Below are positions 1 to 9,761 of a stretch of 64,000 bases of DNA, one piece after another. Position 1 is the stretch's first letter. The number at the start of each line of letters is the position of its first letter. The stretch lies in the NCBI GenBank assembly GCA_013152275.1, contig JAADGS010000030.1, positions 1 through 64,000 on the forward strand, given 5' to 3'. The notes beneath the pieces are model-generated. The model had not been told where the DNA came from, ran no database searches, and saw only the letters and a list, made by a program, of their open reading frames with translations. The translations under genes and the position numbers were made by a program. Source of the stretch: Actinomycetota bacterium (lineage in GTDB: Bacteria; Actinomycetota; Acidimicrobiia; Spongiisociales; UBA4744).

Positions 1-1241
1 AAGCGGGTCGGTGCACCTACTGCCGTCAGAGCCGCCGCCATCCGAGCCGGATCTCCGACCAGATGTCGGAGCTCGACCGAGATCTCCTCCCATCGTTCGG
101 CCATGGCGGCCACTCGAGGCCGATGATGGTGCCAGGAGGCCAGCTTGCTCTGATAGTCCGTCCAGCATTCCGCAGCCGCCGCCCCGGTGGAATCGAGTGA
201 GGCAAAGGCCTCGAAAACGAGGGGTCGGACTCCGGTCGGGTCGGGAAACGCGGCGTCGGAACGAAGGATGTCGGGGTCCAAGCGGTCGAGAATGCGCTCC
301 CAGATACACGCGGCCACCAATGCCGCCACGCCCACCTGCGCTCCGTGGAGACCGACCGCCAGCCGCCGGGAGGCGGCCGACATGTCGAGAAGATGACTGA
401 TGAGGTGCTCGGTACCCGACATGACGGCAGTGCGCCCCACCACCCCCATCGCCACTCCGGAGGCGGTGAGCAAGGTGGCAAGCAGATCGAGAGCTGCTCC
501 TTCGCCCGCAGCCACCGACGGAGCAGCCGTCAATAGATCTTCCCCGCGCGGTTGGAACAGGTCGATTACGCCATGGCTGTAGCTGAGATCGGTGCCCACG
601 AAGGCAGCAAGCCGCCAGTCGGCGGGAGCGGTGAACATGGCCATCATCTCCGCGAAGCCCGACCGCGTGAGGCGCGCCGGAGCGTCACGCAGCACCTGGT
701 GGTCGATCAGCAGACCGGAGGGCCAAACCGACGGTACCGTCCGCTTCACTCCATCCTTCACGATGACCGCCATGTCGTCGGCGAAACCGTTGACAGATGC
801 AGCAGATTGCACCACGAGCAGCGGAATTCCGGGGTTGCTGTGCGCAGCGTCCTTTCCAATATCGGTGACGGTCCCCGAGCCGACGGTCACCACACAGCCG
901 GCGCCGGCGACCGCCGCTCGGGCAACAGCGAGTGTGTCGGCGTCGGCGTAGAGGTGCCCATGCGAAGGACCGAGCACGATCCGATCAACGTCGCCGACGG
1001 TTGAGAGGAGTGAGGCTGCCAGAGCCTTGAGGTCATCGCCCCCTCGTTGCATCGGGGTGGCGTCCTCGAACATGACGATCCGACCCGGACGGGCAACGTC
1101 GACCACTTCGGCCGGAAGCCGTTCGAGGGCGTTCGGTCCGACGAGGATCCGCCGCAGACCCATGGGTCGCAGCGCCCCGTCTCCGGAAGCCTCAAGGGAG
1201 GCCTGGATCGATACGGCGAGATCGGTGAGCTGGTCGGTCAT
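1..1241 (-). CDS. sn-glycerol-1-phosphate dehydrogenase-like / AraM family (Fe-ADH/DHQ-synthase superfamily), 3' end runs off the window
   Basis: Absent from the ORF track because it has no stop in the window. Hand translation from ATG 1241 (overlaps kinase stop, ATGA): MTDQLTDLAV...VGSGTVTDIGK...SAASVNGFADD...SGTEHLISH...LHGAQVG, the NAD- and metal-binding motifs of the G1PDH family. Confidence 0.85.
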   Translation of the reverse strand, partial: MTDQLTDLAVSIQASLEASGDGALRPMGLRRILVGPNALERLPAEVVDVARPGRIVMFEDATPMQRGGDDLKALAASLLSTVGDVDRIVLGPSHGHLYADADTLAVARAAVAGAGCVVTVGSGTVTDIGKDAAHSNPGIPLLVVQSAASVNGFADDMAVIVKDGVKRTVPSVWPSGLLIDHQVLRDAPARLTRSGFAEMMAMFTAPADWRLAAFVGTDLSYSHGVIDLFQPRGEDLLTAAPSVAAGEGAALDLLATLLTASGVAMGVVGRTAVMSGTEHLISHLLDMSAASRRLAVGLHGAQVGVAALVAACIWERILDRLDPDILRSDAAFPDPTGVRPLVFEAFASLDSTGAAAAECWTDYQSKLASWHHHRPRVAAMAERWEEISVELRHLVGDPARMAAALTAVGAPTR

Positions 1242-2688
1242 TGGTGGTAGGTGGGGTCAAGGGCGTCGAAGACCGCCCGGTAGGTGTGGTAGGCCTCGTC
1301 ATAGACCACTGCCCGAGCCGGATCGGGCTCGTATGCGCGGCCGCTCACGCTGCCCAACGCGTCGGCGGCCGTGGCAACATCGGGGAGCCAACCGGCGGCG
1401 ACGGCTGCGAGACAGGCGGCGCCAAGCGCGGCACTCTCCCCTTCCACCACCCGCACCTCCCGTCCGATGACGTCCGCTTTCGTCTGCAACCACAGCTCAC
1501 TGCGAGCACCCCCGCCGGTGACGTGAAGCCGGCTGTTCGCCAGCCCGAGTGCGGTGAGACGGTCGAAGCTGTCTCGAAGGGCGAAGGTGCAGCCCTCCAA
1601 CACCGCCCGGCACCACTCGGGCCGTCCATGGTCCATGGAGGCACCAGTGAACGATCCGCGGGCATGGTCGTTCCATCGCGGAGCCACTGAGCCGGAAAGG
1701 GCCGGGATGAAGATGAGGCCCTTGGAGCCGGCGGGCGCCTCGGCCGCCAAATCGAAAACGGCGGGCTGGTCGATGCCAAGGAGCTGGGCCACCCACATGA
1801 TGCTGCCTCCCGACACGAACCCGGGATTCTCGATGAACCAGGTGCCCGGCGTGGCGTGTGCTCAACCAGACGCTCCGAGTCGAACACGGGTTGGTCGGCG
1901 GCGGTACCGATCGGTTCGGCGGTGCCGGTGATGTCGGCTACCACACCGGGTCGTGCAGCGCCGGCACCAACGGCCGCAGCATGGTCATCTCCGGTCCCGG
2001 CAATCACCTGGCAGGAGGGATCGAGTCCAACCTCGGCTGCCACCTCTGGGCGCACCTGCCCGATCACCGAGGTCGAGTCGACCACCCGGGGAAGCAGCTC
2101 CGGGTCGATGCCACACGCCTCCAGCATCTCTTCCGACCAATCCCGGCCGGTGACATCGAAAAGCATCGACGAGGAAGCGTTGGCGTGGTCCTGGGCAATC
2201 TGACCGGTAAGCCAGGCGGTGGCAACGCTCGCCGGAGGCAGGAGGTGGGCAGGGCGTTGATCGAGCCGGTCCAGCAGCCACATCATCTTCGGGGCAGCGT
2301 GAGAAGAATCGCAGTTCAGGCCCGTCACTGTGAACACGCGATCGGCGCCGATCTCCTGCTCGATGATCTCGGCGTAGGAGGCAGCCCTCCGGTCCATCCA
2401 GATGATCGCCGGATGCAGTGGAACCAGATCCTCGTCGGTCGCCGCCACGCCGTCGACCTGGGCATCGATTCCCACGTGGCTGATCGGTCCGTTGGCCTGG
2501 GCCGTGAGTTGCGCCACCACCTCGGCCAACGCCTCAATCCACTCGACCTGGTCCTGTTCGGCCCAGCCGGAAGCCTGAAACCTCACCCGGTGAGGGGCCG
2601 AGGCTACAGCCCGCACACGTCCGTCGTCGGCAACCAAGATCCCCTTGGTGCTCTGGGTCCCGATGTCGCAACCGATGACGAAACTCAT
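1238..2688 (-). pseudogene. FGGY-family carbohydrate kinase (xylulokinase-like), split by a frameshift near 1860
   Basis: N-half in ORF 1345..2688 (GCDIGTQSTK, IIWMDRRA, DHANASSSMLFD, GTGDD, ITGTAE). C-half in the frame of ORF 1238..1816 (WFIENPG, FIPALSG, AVLEG, TGGGARS). Genuine lesion versus sequencing error cannot be decided. Confidence 0.8.
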
Positions 2689-2706
2689 ACCCGCTTCTCC
2701 GGAGTT

Positions 2707-2741
2707 GTCTGACGTCTGATGTCTGATGTCTGACGTCTGAT
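2707..2741. repeat. 5x tandem heptamer GTCTGAY
   Basis: gtctgac gtctgat gtctgat gtctgac gtctgat, ending about 19 bp upstream of the kinase start. Confidence 0.95.
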
Positions 2742-3350
2742 GACCCTAAACTTCACAAACGCGCGCGTCAAGTGGCAGTGGAATCAGGCCCTCGGTCCTT
2801 TCTTCTGCGACCCGGTCCACGGCGTGACACGTCACCGCGACGGCCTGAACCGGCTGCCTCGAGAAACGGCACGTCTCTCCCGCCCGCCCGTCTCGAGCGG
2901 CCGTTGCACCCGGCCGAGACGACTGCCACACGAAACACGGGCTCGGCCAGAGCGTACGCCATGGCGGACGGATCGCGAGGCGAGCTCCTGTTCGGGTACG
3001 GAATGAGGGTGGGTGAACGAGCTCTTTGACATGGCAAGAAACGATTCATGTGGACGTCGCCCCGACACAGGCCGATCCTTCCGATTCTGTTTCACACTGT
3101 CCCCCGACGTCGAGCCGTAGACACCCCCCGCGGGTCACCGGCAGGATCGACTTCCCCGATGTGCGCTCGATCCGCTCTCCATCAGGCTTGATCCCATCGC
3201 CGAACCCACGTCTCGACCCTCATGCGTACTGTCCCTCCCCCCGCTCGGCGCACTCAAGGCCACAAGCAGGCCACACAGCACACAACCACGAAGGTCTCGT
3301 GACCCGGAACACCTTGAACCTTCCGAGTGCCCGGCACACCCTCGGCTTCA

Positions 3351-4313
3351 CTACCCGCCGGCGAAAGCAAGGAAGCGGGCCGGGTTATCGACGAACATCG
3401 TGTTGATCGCCGCATCGTCGACCCCCAGACCATGCAGGATCTCGACGAATCCCGTGGCGAGCCAGGCCAGGCCCGGTCCCCCGCCGAGCGACGTCCAGAG
3501 GGACCGGCGGGCACCATCGGTGGCCAGCATCAGGCGTTGGGTGTAGCCCTCTGCGACCATTGCCGCGACGATCGCCCCGGTGCCTTGCGCCGCGGCATCA
3601 CCCTGACGCAACGCCTGGTCGTACTCGAGGTATACACCCGTGTCGAGCAGGTCCCGGTGATAGGAGAGGTCGGACACCTTGTCGGTATGAGAGACGACGA
3701 CGCTGTCGAGGGGGACGCCGAGTTGTCTGAACAACTCGATCTGAGCCATTGCTCCCCGTCCTCCTTCGCAGTGGGTGAGGATGGGAACCCCGGTCGCCTC
3801 GTGAGTCATCGCCGCAGCCACGAAGACCCGGATGTCTCGCGCCGAAGGTGCGTCTTCGAGGACCGCGACCTTCACGATCCCGGCCCGGTGGGGTGTACGA
3901 CGGATCACGGGCCCCATGTAGTCGTACCGATCGATCCCGTCGACGACGTCCGCGATGAAGAGCTTGGCGAGGACGTCGGCCGGTTCTTCGGCGGTCCATC
4001 GCTGGCCCTCGTAGTACTTGCGCGTGTGGAGCCCGGTGCATGCGACAACGTGGACTCCGCTGCGGCGACTGATCTCCGCGAGCCGGATCGGGCCCCGGCC
4101 CGAGGCCGCGGGCATGGCGTCGACGACGGCCTTGACGCCGGCGGCGGCACACGGTTCGAGCTCGCGAACGGCGTCATCGGCGCTGGGGAGGTGGATGTGC
4201 GGCCACCGGTCGATCACCAGTGGAGTGTCGATGATCAGATGCTCGTGAATATAGGTGAACCCCAGGTCCGCCGGGTCGATGTCGCCGAGGACGGTCCGAA
4301 CCGAAGCTGTCAT
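3351..4313 (-). CDS. Phosphotriesterase-family (PHP/lactonase-like) amidohydrolase
   Basis: VRTVLG, YIHEHL, ACTG, GIVK, ILTHC, VVSH, ATD metal-binding motifs. Confidence 0.9.
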   Translation of the reverse strand: MTASVRTVLGDIDPADLGFTYIHEHLIIDTPLVIDRWPHIHLPSADDAVRELEPCAAAGVKAVVDAMPAASGRGPIRLAEISRRSGVHVVACTGLHTRKYYEGQRWTAEEPADVLAKLFIADVVDGIDRYDYMGPVIRRTPHRAGIVKVAVLEDAPSARDIRVFVAAAMTHEATGVPILTHCEGGRGAMAQIELFRQLGVPLDSVVVSHTDKVSDLSYHRDLLDTGVYLEYDQALRQGDAAAQGTGAIVAAMVAEGYTQRLMLATDGARRSLWTSLGGGPGLAWLATGFVEILHGLGVDDAAINTMFVDNPARFLAFAGG

Positions 4314-5635
4314 CGCTCGCCCACCTCCAGTATCGCTCCCCGGGCTCGCAGCCGATCTTGCACCTCACGGATCGGGACCTCGCGCACAACCCCGCCATGT
4401 CCTACCGCCAGCGCCGCCACCGTCCCGGCGGCCTGCCCCATCGCCATGCACTGGGCCATCGACCTGACCGATGCCTGCGCATCGTGGGTCGCTGAGAAGC
4501 ACCGGCCCGGGGCCAGCACGTTGACGCCGTCGCGTACGACGAGCGTCGACAGCGGAATACCGACGGCCGTACCGTCGGGAAGGTACTCCCACGTCGTTCC
4601 GGTCCCTTTGCCACCGTGATGGTCCTCGATCGGCGCGCCGCACAGGCCGATCTGATCGTCGAACTGGCGGGCCGTGAGTACATCGTCCCGGGTGAGGCGG
4701 TAGTCGCCGAACACGTGTCTGGTCTCCCTCAGTCCGATCTGAGTCGACATCGAGACCAATGATGCGTACCGGTAGCCGGGAACCCGATCGATGAGGAACC
4801 GCGCGTACTCCAGTGCCTGGCGGCGGCCTTCCATCTCGGCGCGCGTGAGCACGTCCGGGTCGGTGGCGTTGCGCATGGACGCGCCGCTGCCGAAGACCTG
4901 ATCGATCCTCGTCATGACGGTCGCCGTGACGCCCGGAATCGGCGTGACATGGTCCGACCCCTCGCGGCGTGGCAGGTCATACTCGCCCGAGTCGGCCGCC
5001 TCGGCCATCAAGGCGTGGAGTCGCTCTCTGCCGATCGAGGCCCTGGCCTCATGGTCGACGTTGACCATCCGGAACGTCGTCGTGAGCGACTGGGCCGGAT
5101 CGATCGTGCCCGCCGCCTCATAACCGAAGCCGGCATGAGCGCACACGTCCGCGTCGCCGGTGGCATCGATCACGACCGTCGCACCCACGCGGCACAGACC
5201 GGCCTTGGTCGCGACGACGAGTTCGACGATTCGCCCGTCGGCCACGACGGCGTCCTGGACGAACGCGTGGAGGAGCACCGCAGCGCCCGCACCGACGACG
5301 AGGTTCTCCCATACGACCTTGAGGTGCTCGGCGACATAGGTGATGCCCGTCCCCGCGCCATACGTATTCGGACGTTCGAGGACCGTCCCGATCCTGCGCA
5401 GTTCGGCGACGACCTCGTCACCGATCCCGCCGACGACCTTGACGGCCCGCTCTCCGGGCGTATAGAAGCCATAGAACGTGTCGAGCACCGCCGTCGAGTT
5501 GCCCCCGAGGAACGGGAGCTTCTCGATGAGGAGGGTGCGCGCTCCCGCTGTCGCGCACGCGATGGCGGCGCTGGACCCGGCGACCCCGGATCCGACGATC
5601 ACGACGTCGAAGTTCCCGTATTCGTCGATGTTCAT
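4310..5635 (-). CDS. FAD-dependent oxidoreductase (FAD_oxidored/PF12831-like)
   Basis: VVIVGSGVAG, IDATGDAD, GLRETRH, GRCFSATHDAQASVRSMAQCMAMGQAAG. Confidence 0.88.
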   Translation of the reverse strand: MNIDEYGNFDVVIVGSGVAGSSAAIACATAGARTLLIEKLPFLGGNSTAVLDTFYGFYTPGERAVKVVGGIGDEVVAELRRIGTVLERPNTYGAGTGITYVAEHLKVVWENLVVGAGAAVLLHAFVQDAVVADGRIVELVVATKAGLCRVGATVVIDATGDADVCAHAGFGYEAAGTIDPAQSLTTTFRMVNVDHEARASIGRERLHALMAEAADSGEYDLPRREGSDHVTPIPGVTATVMTRIDQVFGSGASMRNATDPDVLTRAEMEGRRQALEYARFLIDRVPGYRYASLVSMSTQIGLRETRHVFGDYRLTRDDVLTARQFDDQIGLCGAPIEDHHGGKGTGTTWEYLPDGTAVGIPLSTLVVRDGVNVLAPGRCFSATHDAQASVRSMAQCMAMGQAAGTVAALAVGHGGVVREVPIREVQDRLRARGAILEVGER

Positions 5636-5662
5636 GGGCGGCGCCGCCCTCGAAGCCCCCGT

Positions 5663-6577
5663 TCAGTGCACATACGGTGCAAGAACGTCCCGCGCGAGCA
5701 GGAATCCCCGTTTGACCAACTCTTCGGTGCCCTCGAACCGGCGATCCTCGTGCTCGACGCAGATCACACCGTCGTATCCGACCCGGTAGAGCGCACTCAT
5801 GAAGGCCTGCCAGTCGACCTTGCCCAGTCCGGGGAGGCGGGGCACCTGCCATCCGATTCCAAGTGACATGACGCCGTGCTCGTAGAGCCCGTCCTCGTCG
5901 ATCTCGAGGTCCTTCGCGTGCACGTGGTAGATCCGATCGCCGAACTCGCGTATCGCCCGCTCGATATCGATCATCTGCCAGACGAGATGGGAAGGATCGA
6001 GGTTCAGGCCGACCGTCTCGTCGAACGTCTCGAACATGGTTCGCCACATCGCCGGCGAGTGCGCGAGATTGTGCCCCGAGGGCCACTCGTCGTTCGAAAA
6101 GATCATGGGGCAGTTCTCGATCGCGATCTTGACCCCCTGACCGGCCGCATGTTCGACGATCCGGGGCCACACCTTCATCGCGTCGGCCCAGTTCTCCGCC
6201 TGCGTCTTGGTTTGGTCGGCGCCGATGAACGTGTTGACGACGGGGACGCCCATCGTCGCGGCCGCGGTGATGACCTTCTCGAGGTGCTCAATGACGGCGG
6301 TGCGGTGCTCGATGTCCGGATGGAGAGGATTCGGGTAGTAGCCGAGACCCGAGATGCCGAGGCCTCGATCGGCGAGACCGCCGACAACCGCATCGGCACG
6401 ATCCCGCGTGAGCCCGTCGACGTCGAGGTGACAGACGCCGCTGTAACGGCGTGACGCTCCCTCCCCGCTCGGCCAGCAAGGGATCTCGAGCATGGAGAAG
6501 CCGTTGTCCGCGGCCCAGTCTGCAACGTCCATGAGCGGCATCTCCGGGAATGGTGCGGTGAGAAGTCCGAGCTTCAT
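5663..6577 (-). CDS. Sugar phosphate isomerase/epimerase (xylose-isomerase-like TIM barrel)
   Basis: IAIENCP, LNLDPSH, HVHAKD, RLPGLG, VEHED metal ligands. Confidence 0.9.
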   Translation of the reverse strand: MKLGLLTAPFPEMPLMDVADWAADNGFSMLEIPCWPSGEGASRRYSGVCHLDVDGLTRDRADAVVGGLADRGLGISGLGYYPNPLHPDIEHRTAVIEHLEKVITAAATMGVPVVNTFIGADQTKTQAENWADAMKVWPRIVEHAAGQGVKIAIENCPMIFSNDEWPSGHNLAHSPAMWRTMFETFDETVGLNLDPSHLVWQMIDIERAIREFGDRIYHVHAKDLEIDEDGLYEHGVMSLGIGWQVPRLPGLGKVDWQAFMSALYRVGYDGVICVEHEDRRFEGTEELVKRGFLLARDVLAPYVH

Positions 6578-6587
6578 CCTTTCCTCC

Positions 6588-7742
6588 TTATCGTTGGACG
6601 GTCACCCAGCGTTGCTCCCGCGAGCTCTTGGCGATTGCCTCCGTTACGAGCAGTACATCGAGGCCGTCCGCGAACGTCGGGTAGGTCGGTTCGGCCGATG
6701 GAGATCCCTTGAGCACATCCTCGTAGACCTGGCCGAACAGAGCCCGGAACGTGTCCGGATACCCCTCCACGTGTCCCGCCGGGTATGCGGTGATCCGCAC
6801 GGCCTCGGGGGCGTTGAGCGACGGGTCACGCTGGAGCAGCTCGTTGGGTCTCCCTCGATGCCCGATCCAGAGCCGGTCCGGATCCTCCGAGAGCCACGAC
6901 AACGCCGATTCGGAACCGTCGACCTCGATGGACACCGAGTTCTTTCGACCGGCCGATGTCTGGGAGACGGCGACCAGGCCGCGGGCCCCGTTCTCGAAGC
7001 GGAGCAGGATTCCGGCACCGTCGTCGCTCGACATCGGCTCTTCGACGAGCTCGCCTTGATCCACGGCGGCGGCGAAGGTCTCGACCGGACCCGCCGGGTG
7101 TCGCCTCACGGGGACGAATGTGTGCAGATCCGCCATCACCTCCACGATCCGCTCCCCCGTGATGAATCGTGCGAGATCGAGCCAGTGCGACCCGATGTCG
7201 GCAACGGAACGCAGCGTGCCGGCTTCTTCGGGAACGAGCCGCCAGTTCCAGTCGGTCTCGAGAAGCAACCAGTCCTGCAGGTAGGCGCCGGTGACGAACC
7301 GAGGCTCGCCGATCGCGCCGTCACGCACCATCGACGCCATCTGGTGCCCCAGCGGGTAGAAGCGGATGTTGAAACACACCGCGTTGACGACACCGGCGGC
7401 GCCTGCCTTCTCGACGAGGTCCGCACCGTCGGTGGAGGTCAGGGCGAGCGGCTTCTCGCAAACGACGTGTTTCCCGGCTGCAAGGCACGTCCTCACCTGG
7501 TCGGCGTGTGCATGGTTCGGACTTGCGATGTGGACGACGTCGATGCCCGGGTCGGCGGCAAGCGCCTCGACGCTCTCGTACACCGCCGGCAGGTTCGCCG
7601 CCTTTGCCTTCGCGCGAGCCCGTTCCGGAGAGGAGCCGACGACACCCGCGACGTTGATGCCGAGCCGTCGAAGCGCCTCCACGTGAGCAACACCGATGAA
7701 GCCGACACCGACAACTCCCACGTTGATGTCCGACAACGTCAT
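6588..7742 (-). CDS. Gfo/Idh/MocA-family oxidoreductase
   Basis: VGVVGVGFIG, ASPNHAH, CEKPLA, DIGSHWLD. Confidence 0.92.
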   Translation of the reverse strand: MTLSDINVGVVGVGFIGVAHVEALRRLGINVAGVVGSSPERARAKAKAANLPAVYESVEALAADPGIDVVHIASPNHAHADQVRTCLAAGKHVVCEKPLALTSTDGADLVEKAGAAGVVNAVCFNIRFYPLGHQMASMVRDGAIGEPRFVTGAYLQDWLLLETDWNWRLVPEEAGTLRSVADIGSHWLDLARFITGERIVEVMADLHTFVPVRRHPAGPVETFAAAVDQGELVEEPMSSDDGAGILLRFENGARGLVAVSQTSAGRKNSVSIEVDGSESALSWLSEDPDRLWIGHRGRPNELLQRDPSLNAPEAVRITAYPAGHVEGYPDTFRALFGQVYEDVLKGSPSAEPTYPTFADGLDVLLVTEAIAKSSREQRWVTVQR

Positions 7743-7755
7743 CAAGACCACCCCT

Positions 7756-8751
7756 TCACGCTGCGGCCATGACCCGAGAATACAACCATGCGAGACCCAG
7801 CACGATCACTCCGTAGAGCACCTGCTGGACGTCCTGGCCGGCCCCCAGAAAGGTGAACAAGGACTGGAGCACGCCCAGGATCAGAGCCCCGAGGAGCGTT
7901 CCGGTGTAGGTCCCGACACCCCCGAAGATCGAGGTGCCACCGATGACGGCAGCCGCCACCGACGGAAGCATGAAGGACGCGGCGAGCTGCAGGTCGACTG
8001 CACCGACCCGTCCACCGAGCAGGAGACCGGCGATCGCGGCGAACAGTCCGGCCAGCGAGTAGACGGCCAAGAGCACCTGCCACGAGCGTACGCCGGACAA
8101 CCGGGTAGCAACAGGGTTGTCGCCGATGGCGTAGAGGTTCCTCCCGAACCCGGTGCGACGGAGCATGTACACGACGAAGACGGCTACCACGGCCCACACG
8201 ACAACCGCCCACGGCAGGCTCCCACCAAATGTCGAACCACCTCCCAGCGTTCGGATGAACGCGCCCATCGAGGTCGACCCTTGGAAGATCGTTTGCGCCC
8301 AAGAGGTGAACAGGCCCAGCAGGATCGCCCCCATCGCCAGGGTCATGATCAGCGGATTCACGCGGAACACCCCGACACCGAGCCCGTTGGTCGCTCCGGC
8401 CGCGAGACCGACGGCCAGCCCGGCGAGGATCGCAATGATTGCGCCTTTCGGCGACTGGTTCGCAGCGACATAGGCGGCCCCGGTGGCGATCATGGCCACC
8501 GAGAGGTCGATGCCACCGGTGAGCATGAGGATCAATTGGGCGGCAGCCATGATGCCGAGCGGCGCGGCGACCAGCGCGGTGTTCCGCAGCCCCTTCACAC
8601 TCAGATAGTTGGGTTGGATCGCGCCGGTGATGAGGACCAGCAAGACCAGCACCGCCGAGAGGACCATGAGAGGATGCTCCGAGAACCATCGCGCGGCGAC
8701 CTGTGCCCTCGTGACCCGGTCACTCGGTTCCGAGGCGGTTCGGGCACTCAT
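7756..8751 (-). CDS. Sugar ABC transporter permease (RbsC-like)
   Basis: C-terminal part of ORF 7756..9825 from MSARTASE; GGIDLS, YAIGDN, AAAVIGGT. Confidence 0.9.
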   Translation of the reverse strand: MSARTASEPSDRVTRAQVAARWFSEHPLMVLSAVLVLLVLITGAIQPNYLSVKGLRNTALVAAPLGIMAAAQLILMLTGGIDLSVAMIATGAAYVAANQSPKGAIIAILAGLAVGLAAGATNGLGVGVFRVNPLIMTLAMGAILLGLFTSWAQTIFQGSTSMGAFIRTLGGGSTFGGSLPWAVVVWAVVAVFVVYMLRRTGFGRNLYAIGDNPVATRLSGVRSWQVLLAVYSLAGLFAAIAGLLLGGRVGAVDLQLAASFMLPSVAAAVIGGTSIFGGVGTYTGTLLGALILGVLQSLFTFLGAGQDVQQVLYGVIVLGLAWLYSRVMAAA

Positions 8752-9761
8752 GATCTGCGTTGCCTCCGCAGTTCGAGAAGGCCGCCGACCATCATGACGA
8801 GGACGATGAGCAGCCCCTGGATGATCTGCGCCCGGTTCGGGTCGATCCCCATGGCGGTGAGGGTCGGGTTGAGAAAGAAGAGGATGATCCCGGCGGGGAC
8901 GGCACCGACCACCGACCCGACCCCGCCCGTCAGGGCAACGCCGCCGAGGACGATGGCCGCGACGGAATTCAGCGTGAAGTTCCCGCCCAGGGCGTTCGGG
9001 TTTCCCCGCCCGGCGATGGCGGTGATCGCCAGGCCCGCAAGAGCTGCGTAGGCACCACCGATCGCGTACGAGACGACCTTCGTCCGGGCGGTTCGGATTC
9101 CCGACAGATAGGCGGCGTTGCGATTGCTCCCGACCGCGTAGAGCTCGAGCCCGCTTCGCGTCTTGGCCATCCACAACGCGACGATCGTGACCGAGACGAC
9201 GAGGACCACCAGAGCAGGCCACGGATTGCGACCGATCCCCACTTCCGATCCGGTGAACAACCAGCGGAATCGTTTGCTCGTGCCCCCACCAGGTGATCCG
9301 AGAACCGCCAACGCGAGTCCCTGATAGATGAACAGGGTCGCAAGGGTGGCGACGATGTCGGGCACCTTCGACACGTGGATGATCCATCCGGCCAACCCAT
9401 TGATGATCGCGGCACCCACGAGGACGAGCACCGCCACGATGAGCGTCACCTCGAACGGCTGACCATCCATGAAGCGGGCAGCCGCAACATTGGCGAGCAC
9501 CATCAATCCGCCGACGCCGAGATCGATCCCGCCTGCGATCACGATGACGGCTTGGCCGACGGCCAGGAAGACCCAAGGCAGACCGTTGGTGAGAATCGAT
9601 GTGATCTCGAACGACCCGAACCGGGGGATGAGCGTGGAGTACCGCAAGATCAAGGCGAGCAGGAGCAACCACACGCCCAGGGTCCACCCGTGACGGATGA
9701 GCCAACGCCGCCACGGCGGCATCTTCCCCGTTCCGATCACCTCCAGGTGCGTCGTCGTCAC
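8748..9761 (-). CDS. Sugar ABC transporter permease (RbsC-like)
   Basis: Multiple TM segments, GGIDLG, YAVGSNRNAAYLSG, AAIVLGG. Confidence 0.9.
   Translation of the reverse strand: MTTTHLEVIGTGKMPPWRRWLIRHGWTLGVWLLLLALILRYSTLIPRFGSFEITSILTNGLPWVFLAVGQAVIVIAGGIDLGVGGLMVLANVAAARFMDGQPFEVTLIVAVLVLVGAAIINGLAGWIIHVSKVPDIVATLATLFIYQGLALAVLGSPGGGTSKRFRWLFTGSEVGIGRNPWPALVVLVVSVTIVALWMAKTRSGLELYAVGSNRNAAYLSGIRTARTKVVSYAIGGAYAALAGLAITAIAGRGNPNALGGNFTLNSVAAIVLGGVALTGGVGSVVGAVPAGIILFFLNPTLTAMGIDPNRAQIIQGLLIVLVMMVGGLLELRRQRRS

Noticed and set aside
2707..2741. Possible CRISPR array
   Set aside because: 7-bp units with no spacers, and no cas genes in the window.
2772..3029. ORF segment AYAMADGSRGELL resembling four-helix-bundle (IVS) proteins near the heptamer array
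   Set aside because: Only a short, weak match; the rest is low complexity and on the strand opposite the operon.
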